A DNA stretch of 64,000 nt. Source: an uncultured bacterium. GTDB taxonomy: Bacteria > Omnitrophota > Omnitrophia > Omnitrophales > Aquincolibacteriaceae. Each line of letters opens with the position of its first letter. Within the stretch, counting starts at the first letter, position 1. Below the pieces are notes generated by a model. The model searched no databases. It was not told the DNA's origin and saw only the letters and a list, made by a program, of their open reading frames with translations. The stretch is taken from the NCBI GenBank assembly GCA_964482725.1, contig CAYZYT010000001.1, positions 86,318-150,317 of the forward strand, given 5' to 3'. The position numbers and the translations under genes are program-made. This document shows, piece by piece, positions 19,993-28,600 of the stretch.

Positions 19993-20424
19993 TTACTTAC
20001 AGCGGCAACGCTTCTTAAGAAGCGCATACTCCTGAACAACTTCCTTGATCTCGGCGGGTACGCGGCAGGGCTTCATGGTCTTGTTCACGAAAACATGCAC
20101 GGTATAACCCGTTGCGAGAGAAACCTGGGTCTTCGCATTCATCACCTGATATTCAAAACGCAAAGTGCTGTTGCCGATCTCGACAACGCTCGTCCTGACG
20201 ATAATGTCATCATCGTAGGTCGACGGCGCGAGATAATTGGCGTGCGCCTCCGCCACCGGAAGGTAGATCCCTTTTTTTTCGCATTCGGTGTACGGAAACC
20301 CGAGCGCCCTGAAATATTCCGTGCGCGCGGCCTCGAACCATTTCAGATAATTCGCGTAATAGGTGATCCCCATCTGATCCGTGTCTGCATAAAGCACCCG
20401 GTAACGATAATCAAAATAGTTCAT
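19993..20424 (-). CDS. Acyl-CoA thioesterase of the YbgC/4HBT (hotdog-fold) family
   Basis: 143 aa. Starts MNYFDYRYRVLYADTDQMGITYYANYLKWFEAARTEYF, the typical hotdog-fold 4HBT/YbgC N-terminus with the catalytic Asp. Confidence 0.7.
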   Translation of the reverse strand: MNYFDYRYRVLYADTDQMGITYYANYLKWFEAARTEYFRALGFPYTECEKKGIYLPVAEAHANYLAPSTYDDDIIVRTSVVEIGNSTLRFEYQVMNAKTQVSLATGYTVHVFVNKTMKPCRVPAEIKEVVQEYALLKKRCRCK

Positions 20425-20503
20425 GATATCTCCTCGGTGAACGGGAAACGCCGAACGGCAAACGTTCTCGTTCCCCGTTACCCGTTCCCCGGAAAAAGAT
20501 TTT

Positions 20504-21601
20504 TTAAAAAAAATTCTTTTTTGTTTGGATCTTTTCTTTACGCTCGCCCGCTAATTTTTCAAGCAGCTCTCGCTCCGGCTTGCTCAATTTTGTCGGGATC
20601 TCAATATCGACCTTCACATACTCCTCCCCACGGCGGCCCTCCATCCCAAACGCCGGAACGCCCTCGCCTTTGATCTTCAGGACCTTGCCGGCCGGAGTTC
20701 CGGCCGCGATCTCAAGGTTCGTCTTTCCCGTAAGGGTGGGCACTTCCACCTCTCCGCCCAGCACGGCAATGGTGTAAGGGATCAACACCTCACAATAAAT
20801 GTCTTGGCCCTGGCGCTCGAAGGTCTTGCTTTTTTTTACGAGCACTTGGATATAAAGATCGCCTCGGGACGCGCCCCCTTGCCCTGCCTCCCCTTCGCCC
20901 GTCACTCGGAGTCGTGAGCCATGTTCAATGCCGGAGGGGATCTTGACTTGAAGCTTGCGTGTTTTCCTCAAACGTCCTTCCCCGTGGCACGTTTGGCAGG
21001 GTTTCTCGATCGACTCCCCCTCCCCATGACAACGGGCACAGGTTCTGCGAAGCGTAAAAAAACCCTGGGAAACACGCACTTCGCCCCGACCTCCGCAATC
21101 GGCGCAAACTTTCTTTTTGGAACCTTTTTCGGCGCCCGTCCCCTGGCACTCGCTGCAAGTTTCCTTGCGCGGGATCTCAAGGTCAAAGGTTTTCCCGGTC
21201 AGCACTTCCGCCAGTTCGAGCTCGACGGTGTATTCAAGATCCGAACCCCGTTGCCCGCGGCCGCGCCTTCGGCCACCGCTCCCGCTCCCCCCAAAAAAAT
21301 CCTCGAAAAGATCGCCAAAAATATCACTGAACCCGCCAAAGGCATCCTGAAAACCTTCGAAACCGGAAAATCCAGCGCCGCCCATGCTGTGACCAAATTG
21401 GTCGTAACGGGCCCGTTTGTCTGAGTCGCTCAGGACCGCATAGGCCTCGGCGGCTTCCTTGAATTTTTCTTCGGATGCTTTATCCCCGGGATTACGATCC
21501 GGATGATATTGGAGGGCAAGCTTACGGTAGCTTTTCTTGATAGTTTCCCCGTCTGAATTCCGGGTCACGCTCAACACTTCATAATAATCGCGTTTGGTCA
21601 T
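20504..21601 (-). CDS. dnaJ: Molecular chaperone DnaJ
   Basis: J-domain with HPD ([14 protein letters not shown]), a G/F-rich linker, four CxxCxGxG zinc-finger repeats, and a C-terminal substrate-binding domain. Confidence 0.95.
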   Translation of the reverse strand: MTKRDYYEVLSVTRNSDGETIKKSYRKLALQYHPDRNPGDKASEEKFKEAAEAYAVLSDSDKRARYDQFGHSMGGAGFSGFEGFQDAFGGFSDIFGDLFEDFFGGSGSGGRRRGRGQRGSDLEYTVELELAEVLTGKTFDLEIPRKETCSECQGTGAEKGSKKKVCADCGGRGEVRVSQGFFTLRRTCARCHGEGESIEKPCQTCHGEGRLRKTRKLQVKIPSGIEHGSRLRVTGEGEAGQGGASRGDLYIQVLVKKSKTFERQGQDIYCEVLIPYTIAVLGGEVEVPTLTGKTNLEIAAGTPAGKVLKIKGEGVPAFGMEGRRGEEYVKVDIEIPTKLSKPERELLEKLAGERKEKIQTKKNFF

Positions 21602-21673
21602 AAACCTTAGGATATCGGATGATGGATGGAGGAGGGTGAAAAACCCGCTTTTACTTCATCCGCCATTCTGTTG

Positions 21674-22336
21674 TCAGGTGATCTCGTCCTGTTTTTCTTC
21701 GGACGCGGGCGGTGGATTGGGAGACACACGGACACGGACCTTTGCAGCCCGGAGAAGACGGTCCTGCAACATGAAACCGGGCTCCAGCTCGTCCACGATC
21801 TGGTCCTCCTTACCTTCTTCGGACACATGCGCAACCACTTCATGAAAATGGGGATTGAAGGTTTGACCGACAGTCTCGATCTTCTTCAGCCCGTGCATTT
21901 TGAGAATATCGGCCAGTTGCTTTTGAACTCTCTCCACGCCGGAAATGACCGTCTTCAAATTTTGACGCAGGGCTTCATAACTCGAGGCATTCGCAGAAGC
22001 CGTGTTCGCATGACCCACCGCACGCTCAAAATTGTCCAACACCGGGAGGAGATCTTTTAAGATCCGCTCCTGGCTGAATTTGATGAAGTCCTCTTTATCC
22101 CGCGCGTTCCGCTTCTTCGCGTTCTCATAATCCGCCGCCGCGAGCAGAAATTTCTGGCGCAGCCCTTCGAGCTCCTCTACCTTTTTCTTGAGATCCTCAT
22201 ATTCCTGAACGGCGACTTCTATTTTTCCGCCTTGGGGCGACGCGGAAGGTAGCGAGCCCTCTTTCACTTCGCCCGGCATCTGATTTCCTGTATCCGGCTT
22301 TTCATGAGAATGATTTTTTTTGTGGTGGCTCATCAT
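21674..22336 (-). CDS. grpE: Nucleotide exchange factor GrpE
   Basis: Coiled-coil N-terminus and a conserved GrpE C-terminal beta-domain (...EVVAHVSEEGKEDQIVDELEPGFMLQDRLLRAAKVRV). It overlaps hrcA by 4 nt. Confidence 0.9.
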   Translation of the reverse strand: MMSHHKKNHSHEKPDTGNQMPGEVKEGSLPSASPQGGKIEVAVQEYEDLKKKVEELEGLRQKFLLAAADYENAKKRNARDKEDFIKFSQERILKDLLPVLDNFERAVGHANTASANASSYEALRQNLKTVISGVERVQKQLADILKMHGLKKIETVGQTFNPHFHEVVAHVSEEGKEDQIVDELEPGFMLQDRLLRAAKVRVRVSPNPPPASEEKQDEIT

Positions 22337-23112
22337 TCTTCAGATTCCCTATGTTCCAGAATATCCCCGACGGCCACAGCCATGCGAGAAACCAAGGGAA
22401 TGATCTGGCGATACGCCATGCGCTTGGGCCCCAGGATCGCGATCACCCCCTGACGGTTCTTTCCCGCGGTATAACGCGCCGTCACAATGGCGCAATCGCC
22501 CAAAGCTTCGTGCGAATGCTCATGACCTACAGAAACCGAAACATGTTCCGGGTCCGCGTGCGTCAGAACCCACTGCATCAACGCCACTTTTTCTTCAAAA
22601 ACACCCAGAAGGTTTCTGATTTTTCGAACATCCTGGAACTCCGGTTTCTCAAGCATGTAGGATAAGCCCTGTAACGAAAGCTTGAGACGGCCCGGCTTTT
22701 CAGACGCGGGGACTTCTGCGAAGGGCATTAACGTCAAACCGATTTCCTGAGAGAGCGAGGAAAGCAAGAGTGAAACATGGTCCAAAAACTCCTCAATTCT
22801 TTCATCCCCGTTCTTAGAAATGAGTTCTCCTCCCAAACGGTTCAAAGGTGCTTCGGAAGCATCTTCAAAGGAAGTATGATCCAGGTAATAACGATAGCCA
22901 TGGTCCGTCGGTAGACGACCGGACGAGGTGTGCGGATGTGTCAAATACCCCATTTCCTCCAAAGCACCCATCTCATGACGGATGGTCGCGGGAGAAAAAG
23001 AAATGGCGCATTTCTCCGCGATCGAACGAGAGCCCACCGGCTGAGTCGTCTCGATATGCGTTTCAATGACACCCCGGAGAATGTCGTTCTGTCTTAGGGA
23101 TAAGGTTTCCAT
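22333..23112 (-). CDS. hrcA: Heat-inducible transcription repressor HrcA
   Basis: N-terminal winged-HTH (LSLRQNDILRGVIETHIETTQPVGSRSIA), typical of HrcA. In an operon with grpE. Confidence 0.9.
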   Translation of the reverse strand: METLSLRQNDILRGVIETHIETTQPVGSRSIAEKCAISFSPATIRHEMGALEEMGYLTHPHTSSGRLPTDHGYRYYLDHTSFEDASEAPLNRLGGELISKNGDERIEEFLDHVSLLLSSLSQEIGLTLMPFAEVPASEKPGRLKLSLQGLSYMLEKPEFQDVRKIRNLLGVFEEKVALMQWVLTHADPEHVSVSVGHEHSHEALGDCAIVTARYTAGKNRQGVIAILGPKRMAYRQIIPLVSRMAVAVGDILEHRESEE

Positions 23113-23115
23113 GGG

Positions 23116-23186
23116 CCCTGATTTTCGTTCATTTCATTGATAAGGAAGTCGGTCCTGATTTTCATTTACTTTAAATCGAAAATCAG
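23116..23186 (-). promoter_or_regulatory. hrcA leader containing three copies of CTGATTTTC/GAAAATCAG (two direct, one inverted). No canonical CIRCE was found.
   Basis: CTGATTTTCG at 23118..23127, CTGATTTTC at 23156..23164, and the inverted copy CGAAAATCAG at 23177..23186. One copy sits 5 nt from the hrcA ATG, where the RBS should be. Confidence 0.4.
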
Positions 23187-23306
23187 CACAGTCCCAACCC
23201 TCCCTGCATTTTAACGAAGGATTGGAACAGGACAATCATGATCGGCGGGTATGATAGCAAAAAACAGGCCGGATGAAAAGGAGGCGTTATAAGCAAAAAG
23301 GACACA

Positions 23307-23374
23307 GCGCATAGTACCTAGCCCTTGAGAAAAAACGCTCCGTCTCTCTCCCAAGCTCGCTAAGTACTATGCGC
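23307..23374. repeat. 16-bp near-perfect inverted repeat, GCGCATAGTACCTAGC ... GCTAAGTACTATGCGC, with a 36-bp spacer. It lies between the CpxP-like gene and hrcA.
   Basis: The arms are at 23307..23322 and 23359..23374, matching 15 of 16 positions. Read directly. Confidence 0.5.
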
Positions 23375-23424
23375 CAGATACTTGATACCTTCCCGCCAAC
23401 AGGCAGGTTCTTGCCGTAGTGAAA

Positions 23425-23955
23425 CTAGCTCTTTTTCGGCTCTTGATCCTTTTTTCCCCAGCCGTCATGCTTCTTCTGCATCCAGCCTTTATGCTGATCC
23501 TGCATTTTGGCGAACTGCTCAGGCGTCAGGATCTCCTTCATGGCGAAAATGCCATCGATGTTCTGTGCGAACATCTGACCCTTGAGAGCATTCACTTCGT
23601 CGATGAGACCGCTCACCTCGGCCCGCGTCGTTCCCGGTTTCGCAACCACTTCGTGAAGCGCCTGCATTTTTTTCTTCATTTGATCACGAACCGCTTTGCT
23701 GCTTTCCATCTTCGCTTCCCGCTGGACTTTGAGCTTCTCTTTCTGCTCGGGGGTCAAATTCAGTTCTTTGAAGAACTCTTTGGGATCAGAACGTCCATAC
23801 CCCGAACCCTCGTCTCCGGAACCACCCTGAAGAGCCCCCGGATCACCTGCGGTTGCCGTGCCGCCGTCTTGAGATTCGGCATAGACCCCAGGCCCCGAAG
23901 CCATCAAACCCACCACCAGCAAAAGCGCCATCACCTTCGTTAGTTTTTTTTCCAT
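23425..23955 (-). CDS. Periplasmic LTXXQ-motif protein of the CpxP/Spy family
   Basis: Signal peptide (MEKKLTKVMALLLVVGLMASGPGVYA). Two LTPEQ motifs (NLTPEQKEKL and ILTPEQFAKM), which are the LTXXQ signature of the CpxP/Spy envelope-stress chaperones. Confidence 0.7.
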   Translation of the reverse strand: MEKKLTKVMALLLVVGLMASGPGVYAESQDGGTATAGDPGALQGGSGDEGSGYGRSDPKEFFKELNLTPEQKEKLKVQREAKMESSKAVRDQMKKKMQALHEVVAKPGTTRAEVSGLIDEVNALKGQMFAQNIDGIFAMKEILTPEQFAKMQDQHKGWMQKKHDGWGKKDQEPKKS

Positions 23956-24057
23956 TTTGAAGCCCTCCCTTTTCTGTCTTCTATACTGTTCTCTGTTAAA
24001 TTTTAAGGGTTAACAGTATTGTACTGCCTCCCCATAAAATCAATTGTCAGGCAGTGC

Positions 24058-24086
24058 TAAGACAACTCCCGTTCGATAATAGTTCC
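24058..24086 (-). promoter_or_regulatory. Candidate ECF-sigma-type promoter (GGAACT-N17-GTCTTA) upstream of the CpxP-like gene
   Basis: In minus orientation, GGAACT is the reverse complement of 24081..24086, followed by a 17-nt spacer and then GTCTTA (reverse complement of 24058..24063). This resembles sigma-E-type -35/-10 elements. It sits immediately after the anti-sigma gene's stop codon. Confidence 0.35.
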
Positions 24087-24087
24087 A

Positions 24088-24585
24088 TCATCCGCCCATC
24101 TGCTCCAGAACCGCCGAATAATCTTTCGGATCGCTATTCAAAAGGTCCGTGTCCCCGGCTTTGAGACCGCTCAGGAAGGTCATCTGCTCGGAGATATAGC
24201 CATAGACCGGATCCGCAAAACTGGAAGGCCATTTCGCGAGCACCACGACCCCCAGGATCACAACGGTCACGAAAGCCGCGCGCATCAGGGGAGCAGGCCA
24301 AGGGAAACGGGAAGCAAAAATATCCACAAGCTTCCAAAAACCACCGTTGGAACGCGCTCGCTCCGCCTCAAGCCTCTCCTGAATCCTCTGCCAAACAACG
24401 CCCTCCGGCTGCAATGCTCCGGCTTCTTTAAACGGAACCACCGAGCTCCTACGAACGACCGTAAGAAATTCCCGGCACTCCGCGCACACGGTTAAATGCC
24501 GTTCAACTTCCCTATTCTCTTCGGGGCCCAGCTCTTTGTCCACATATTCGGTTATAAGCCGATCCTGAATTTTTTTACATTCCAT
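24088..24585 (-). CDS. Zinc-finger (zf-HC2-type) anti-sigma factor with one TM helix
   Basis: MECKKIQDRLITEYVDKELGPEENREVERHLTVCAECREF gives an HxxxCxxC zinc-binding anti-sigma N-terminal domain, followed by a TM helix (AAFVTVVILGVVVLA). The AAGGAGGTG RBS is upstream of the ATG at 24585. It overlaps the sigma gene's end by 11 nt. Confidence 0.7.
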   Translation of the reverse strand: MECKKIQDRLITEYVDKELGPEENREVERHLTVCAECREFLTVVRRSSVVPFKEAGALQPEGVVWQRIQERLEAERARSNGGFWKLVDIFASRFPWPAPLMRAAFVTVVILGVVVLAKWPSSFADPVYGYISEQMTFLSGLKAGDTDLLNSDPKDYSAVLEQMGG

Positions 24586-25138
24586 GGCTCGCCACCTCCT
24601 TTTCCCCAAGGGCCATCAAGGTCTCACGGGCTCTTTTGAGCCTTGAACGGACCGTATTGATTTTAAGGCCAAGACTCGTCGCGATCCCCTGATAATCCAA
24701 CCCTTCGATCTCCCGGAGCACGATACAAGCCCTCTGGTCCGGGTTCAGTTGATCAAGCAGAAACTTCAGCTGTTGCTCGGTTTCTCCGGCTTCAAGACGC
24801 CTCCCGGCATCCGGCTGCGTCACAGTTGCGGGATCCTCAAAAACCTCTTCGACTTCGCGCGTGGTCACGCGACTTCTTTTTTTTGCATGGTTGAGGGCCG
24901 TATTCACCGAGATCCTGTAAAGCCACGTCTTAAACGACGCCTCAAACTTGAAAGAACCGATATTTTTATGAATCTTCAGAAAGACGTCCTGCGTCACTTC
25001 CTCGGCATCATGTTTTTTATTCACGACACGATAGGCCAATGTGTAGACATATCCGGAGGCCCTTTGATAGATCTCCCTGAAGGCTCCCCGGTCCCCTTGT
25101 CCCGCTCTTAGGATCAGTTCCCGCTCGATCTCTTGCAT
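24575..25138 (-). CDS. ECF-subfamily RNA polymerase sigma-70 factor
   Basis: Sigma-70 region 2 (FREIYQRASGYVYTLAYRVVNKKHDAEEVTQDVFLKIHKNIGSFK) and region 4 (LDQLNPDQRACIVLREIEGLDYQGIATSLGLKINTVRSRLKRAR). The AAGGA RBS is upstream of the ATG at 25138; the ORF track extends to 25162. Confidence 0.85.
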   Translation of the reverse strand: MQEIERELILRAGQGDRGAFREIYQRASGYVYTLAYRVVNKKHDAEEVTQDVFLKIHKNIGSFKFEASFKTWLYRISVNTALNHAKKRSRVTTREVEEVFEDPATVTQPDAGRRLEAGETEQQLKFLLDQLNPDQRACIVLREIEGLDYQGIATSLGLKINTVRSRLKRARETLMALGEKEVASHGM

Positions 25139-25153
25139 GGTCCTTATACCTTT

Positions 25154-25185
25154 CAATTTCATTAAAGATGAAATTGGGGCTGTTC
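25154..25185. promoter_or_regulatory. Conserved palindromic element, copy 2 (CAATTTCA-N7-TGAAATTG-GGGCTGTTC). It overlaps the promoter and leader of the sigma/anti-sigma operon.
   Basis: Direct reading: caatttca ttaaaga tgaaattg gggctgttc. It lies 16-47 nt upstream of the sigma factor's start at 25138. Confidence 0.6.
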
Positions 25186-25390
25186 TTGTCGACCGTAAAG
25201 GAAATAAAACGGAAGACGAGGATAGTTTGTTACCTCAACCCCCGACGACTTAGACCGCAGCCTCTGGGGTTTAGTTCCCCTCGCAGAGGACTTTTTCGAT
25301 CGCTGCCCATTCTAAGCTAAATTATTTTTTCCCCTCATTTTTTTTCGCATGTTAAACTTTGCTTCTTTTTTGAAAAGGGAATGGATCTCT

Positions 25391-28171
25391 ATGGACTTAA
25401 AACGCCTAAAAAAAGCGACCTGCATCTGCATCGCTGTCACCCTATGGTTTGGCCCAAACTCCGGCCTGGCCGTCACGGCCGACAACGCGACGACACCGGT
25501 ACCTCAAGAGATCTCTTTGCCCACCCCTCCCAAGCCAAGCCCCCCAGGCGCTCTTCCCGAAAAAACACAGGAACCCCTCTATTATAAACCCGGCTCCCTT
25601 TTCAAACAGGGGCCTTTGCCCCCCGACATGATCCGGGCCCCCCAAGAAATATCACCGAAAGAGTCCCTCTATATTGTCTCCGAACCCGACTTTTACGCCC
25701 TCAGTCAAACCCTGCCGCTTTCGGATGCCGCGCGATTTTTTTTAGAAGAAACTCTCATCCCTAACGAATCGATCTATTTCATGCCCGGGACGGGCATGGA
25801 CGCCAAGACAGGCATGCCTTACGACCACATCCGCATTCGCTTAAAGGAAAATCTTTTGAGCGAGGTCGGAAATTACACCGCCGCCTCGAAGTTGTCCCTG
25901 CTTATCCCCTTTTTATTAAAAGTGATACAAAAAAACCCTTATTACCGGCAGGTGAAGCTCACGCCCGAGGAAGCCTCCGTAAAACTGAAGCAGACTTTAA
26001 GGACCCTCATGAACTACAACCAAAAATATCCGGACTACGGCGGCTTCCTGCCCTGGGTTGACATCCGGCCCAATGGAACGATCGCGCCGGCCTCCACGAA
26101 AGTCCCCTCGCTGGACAACGGTCAGCTGACCTGGGCCCTGGCTGCGGTCGTTGCCGCGCTGGAAGATTCTGCAGACCCCGAACTACGCAAGATCTCTAGC
26201 ATGGCGCAGGGAATCCTGCACAGCCAAAACTACAGAAAATTCTACGATGACAAATTAAAACTTCTGCACGGCACGATCCAATTTGATACTGAAACGCGCA
26301 CATGGAGCGGGGACACTACTTATTATTTGAATGATATGTTCGAGGGAACGCTCGCCGTACTGTGGGGAGTTCTCAACGGCCAGATCCCGGAAGAAGTTTG
26401 GGACAACTTGTCCATCCCCACCATCGAATACATCACAGCGCATGATGAAAAGATCACGACGCTAGCGGGATTCCGGGCTTCGTTCCACGAGCATTGGGCT
26501 TTGGCTTTTCTTCCTGTCATGAGTTCCGCTCTAGCCCCCCTCTACCAGAACTTTCTTTACGCCCAGGCCGACCACGCCCGCAGGAACCACCTCCCGGGAT
26601 TCCTCAGCACGGCTTATGACCCCAAAGGGATCTACCGTCAGATGGGGGTCCCTTCCATTGCGTACAATCCGGTCGATCGAAGCGATGTGGCCGTGCTTTT
26701 CGCAACCGCCATGGCAATGCTGATCTCTCCAACCGTCGGCGCCTCCTGGCTCATCAAGCTTTATTCCTTTAAAAACTTCATCACACCTTATGGGGGCTAC
26801 GAATCCGTGGGCCGGGACGGTTATGCCGACATCTTCACCGCCGATGCGAAAGGAATGACCCTCCTCGCCGCAAGCGGAGGCGTCGTGGACGAGATCAACA
26901 AATATCTCAATGAACGAACCGTTCCTAGGACCAGCATCCCGATGAACGTGAAACTCATTGAACTGCTGCATGCAAAATACAAGCAAATGCTTGCCGCGCG
27001 CGATGGCCGGCCAATCTTTTTTCCTTCGAAGCCGTTCCCCGCTCCCCCGGAAGACCCGATCGTGGTCAATCCTCAAAAACCTCCCGACGCGGGCGATGTT
27101 TATGATGTGATCGCTCACCTGCAACCCGGCCATTTGCACGGGAAAAATGTCCGGTCCATCGGCCGAAAAACCCTGGAGCAGGATATTTTCCCCGACCAGC
27201 CCATCCAGTTTGAATTTGATATTCCCGCGTACTATTCCTACTTCGATCAGTGGGCCTTCCGAGGCACTTACGTCGATAAAGCCGTCCGCATCGCCGACAT
27301 GCGCTATGTGACCCTCACTGTGCCGGCCCGGAATCCCCCGGGCATGTTCGAACTCGAGATCAAAAGCGACGACATAACCTTAGCGACGGTCATCGTCAAT
27401 ACCACCAAACCGGGAAGGATCTCGGCAGACGGAAACTGGAAAATCCTTGCAGAGAAGATCACGCCGATCCCGGAATCGGATGATAAGCCGTTCAATTACA
27501 TCTCGGTGGCAATCCACGACCCACGGTATCTCCTGGGAGAGTTCACCCGGGGCGGTCGCGAAGGAACGATCCTCTTAAAAGAGATTATCTTGTATAAAAA
27601 GTTCCCCTTTCCGGATACTCCGGAAACTTTATTTGAGCGCCAAGAGAAGGAAGATAATACGGAATTGGAATTGGTGCGCTACTGGCGCTTGAGCCACGGA
27701 GATTTGCCCTTCAGACGAGACGATCTTCGCGGCACCTACTATTTTTCGGGAGGTTTGGGATGGCGGGGCGGGTATATTCCTTATACCAACTTGTCGAAAT
27801 TCCGCTATCTTTACATCAAGGCCCGCAATGTCTCGGACAAAAGCTGCGGCTGTTTTTATGTAGAGCTGAAGCATGAATCGGACCAGCTCCTTGGGGAAAA
27901 AACGCCGATCCACATGCCCGCGGACCAGAAATGGCGCATCTACGAGATCCCCATCCCTCCGCACATCCGTTACACCTTCAATTATATTGCGCTCTCGGAT
28001 CCTTTTTCAAGTTTCGAATTGGGTTCACTCTTGCTTTCGCCCGCTGAGATCACGGGAGATTTAGGCGCTATCGAAAAGGTTTCATACTCACCGCGTGAGC
28101 ATAAACCCCTTGAGTGCACTCATCGCCCCTGCCCGACCACCGCCGCCGACCTAGAACCTAAAGGTCTGTAG
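25391..28171 (+). CDS. Secreted protein with a DUF3131/GH144-like (alpha/alpha)6 glycoside-hydrolase-like domain, paralogous to a domain of the giant protein
   Basis: Signal peptide (MDLKRLKKATCICIAVTLWFGPNSGLAVTA) and a Pro-rich linker. The central domain has strings shared with the giant ORF: NFLYAQADHARRNHLPGFLSTAYDP here versus NFLYAQAEYVNTQGIPGLLSAGD in the giant protein. This family includes endo-beta-1,2-glucanases and the glucoamylase-like domains of cyclic glucan synthases. The start at 25391 is preferred over 25349 because of the upstream AGGGAA. Confidence 0.65.
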   Translation: MDLKRLKKATCICIAVTLWFGPNSGLAVTADNATTPVPQEISLPTPPKPSPPGALPEKTQEPLYYKPGSLFKQGPLPPDMIRAPQEISPKESLYIVSEPDFYALSQTLPLSDAARFFLEETLIPNESIYFMPGTGMDAKTGMPYDHIRIRLKENLLSEVGNYTAASKLSLLIPFLLKVIQKNPYYRQVKLTPEEASVKLKQTLRTLMNYNQKYPDYGGFLPWVDIRPNGTIAPASTKVPSLDNGQLTWALAAVVAALEDSADPELRKISSMAQGILHSQNYRKFYDDKLKLLHGTIQFDTETRTWSGDTTYYLNDMFEGTLAVLWGVLNGQIPEEVWDNLSIPTIEYITAHDEKITTLAGFRASFHEHWALAFLPVMSSALAPLYQNFLYAQADHARRNHLPGFLSTAYDPKGIYRQMGVPSIAYNPVDRSDVAVLFATAMAMLISPTVGASWLIKLYSFKNFITPYGGYESVGRDGYADIFTADAKGMTLLAASGGVVDEINKYLNERTVPRTSIPMNVKLIELLHAKYKQMLAARDGRPIFFPSKPFPAPPEDPIVVNPQKPPDAGDVYDVIAHLQPGHLHGKNVRSIGRKTLEQDIFPDQPIQFEFDIPAYYSYFDQWAFRGTYVDKAVRIADMRYVTLTVPARNPPGMFELEIKSDDITLATVIVNTTKPGRISADGNWKILAEKITPIPESDDKPFNYISVAIHDPRYLLGEFTRGGREGTILLKEIILYKKFPFPDTPETLFERQEKEDNTELELVRYWRLSHGDLPFRRDDLRGTYYFSGGLGWRGGYIPYTNLSKFRYLYIKARNVSDKSCGCFYVELKHESDQLLGEKTPIHMPADQKWRIYEIPIPPHIRYTFNYIALSDPFSSFELGSLLLSPAEITGDLGAIEKVSYSPREHKPLECTHRPCPTTAADLEPKGL

Positions 28172-28557
28172 ATCCATCCTGCGACGATACCACCGACGAT
28201 GCATTCCACCATCCCTCCCAGGAACCACGCCACGGGGATCACGACGGGAAGCGGCATGACGGCATAGCACATCATATTCGCGGCCGCAAACACCAAAAGT
28301 CCGGCCAAGACCCCGAACCGCAACCCCTGCCCAAGCCCCGGCTTGTCCTTTTCATAACCCTTAGCGAAGATCCAGACAAAGAAGAGAGCAAAGACCGGAT
28401 ATCCCGCCCAGATAAAGAGGCCTTTTATTTCAGCTTCGGGCCGCCAAAGATGAAGGGTCTGTTTATAAGCATCCATCAGGATCACGTTGTGCAGGACTAT
28501 ATCGATCGCGACGATCACGGCCGTAACCGCGAGCACAGCTCCTATGAAACGTTTCAT
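28120..28557 (-). CDS. Hypothetical small integral membrane protein (4 TM helices)
   Basis: 145 aa, largely hydrophobic (MKRFIGAVLAVTAVIVAIDIVL...). It overlaps the 3' end of the convergent GH144-like gene by about 50 nt. Confidence 0.45.
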   Translation of the reverse strand: MKRFIGAVLAVTAVIVAIDIVLHNVILMDAYKQTLHLWRPEAEIKGLFIWAGYPVFALFFVWIFAKGYEKDKPGLGQGLRFGVLAGLLVFAAANMMCYAVMPLPVVIPVAWFLGGMVECIVGGIVAGWIYRPLGSRSAAVVGQGR

Positions 28558-28600
28558 AATCTCCTCCTTTTGGCTTTGAGACTGAAAGGTTTTGATTTCC

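Noticed and set aside
20425-20503. A GC-rich imperfect hairpin (AACGGGAAACG...CGTTCCCCGTT) lies between dnaJ and the thioesterase gene and could be a terminator.
   Set aside because: The T-tract is on the wrong side for the minus-strand transcript, so it is not a convincing intrinsic terminator. It may be an intercistronic stem.
23113-23420. A CIRCE element (TTAGCACTC-N9-GAGTGCTAA) was expected upstream of hrcA.
   Set aside because: I searched both strands by eye and found nothing closer than an 8-of-9 half-site with no partner (near 24050, which is outside the leader). I did not call it.
26531-27139. A minus-strand 202-aa ORF lies inside the GH144-like gene.
   Set aside because: It is antisense to a strongly supported coding frame. 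It is His/Arg/Gly-rich junk typical of shadow frames.
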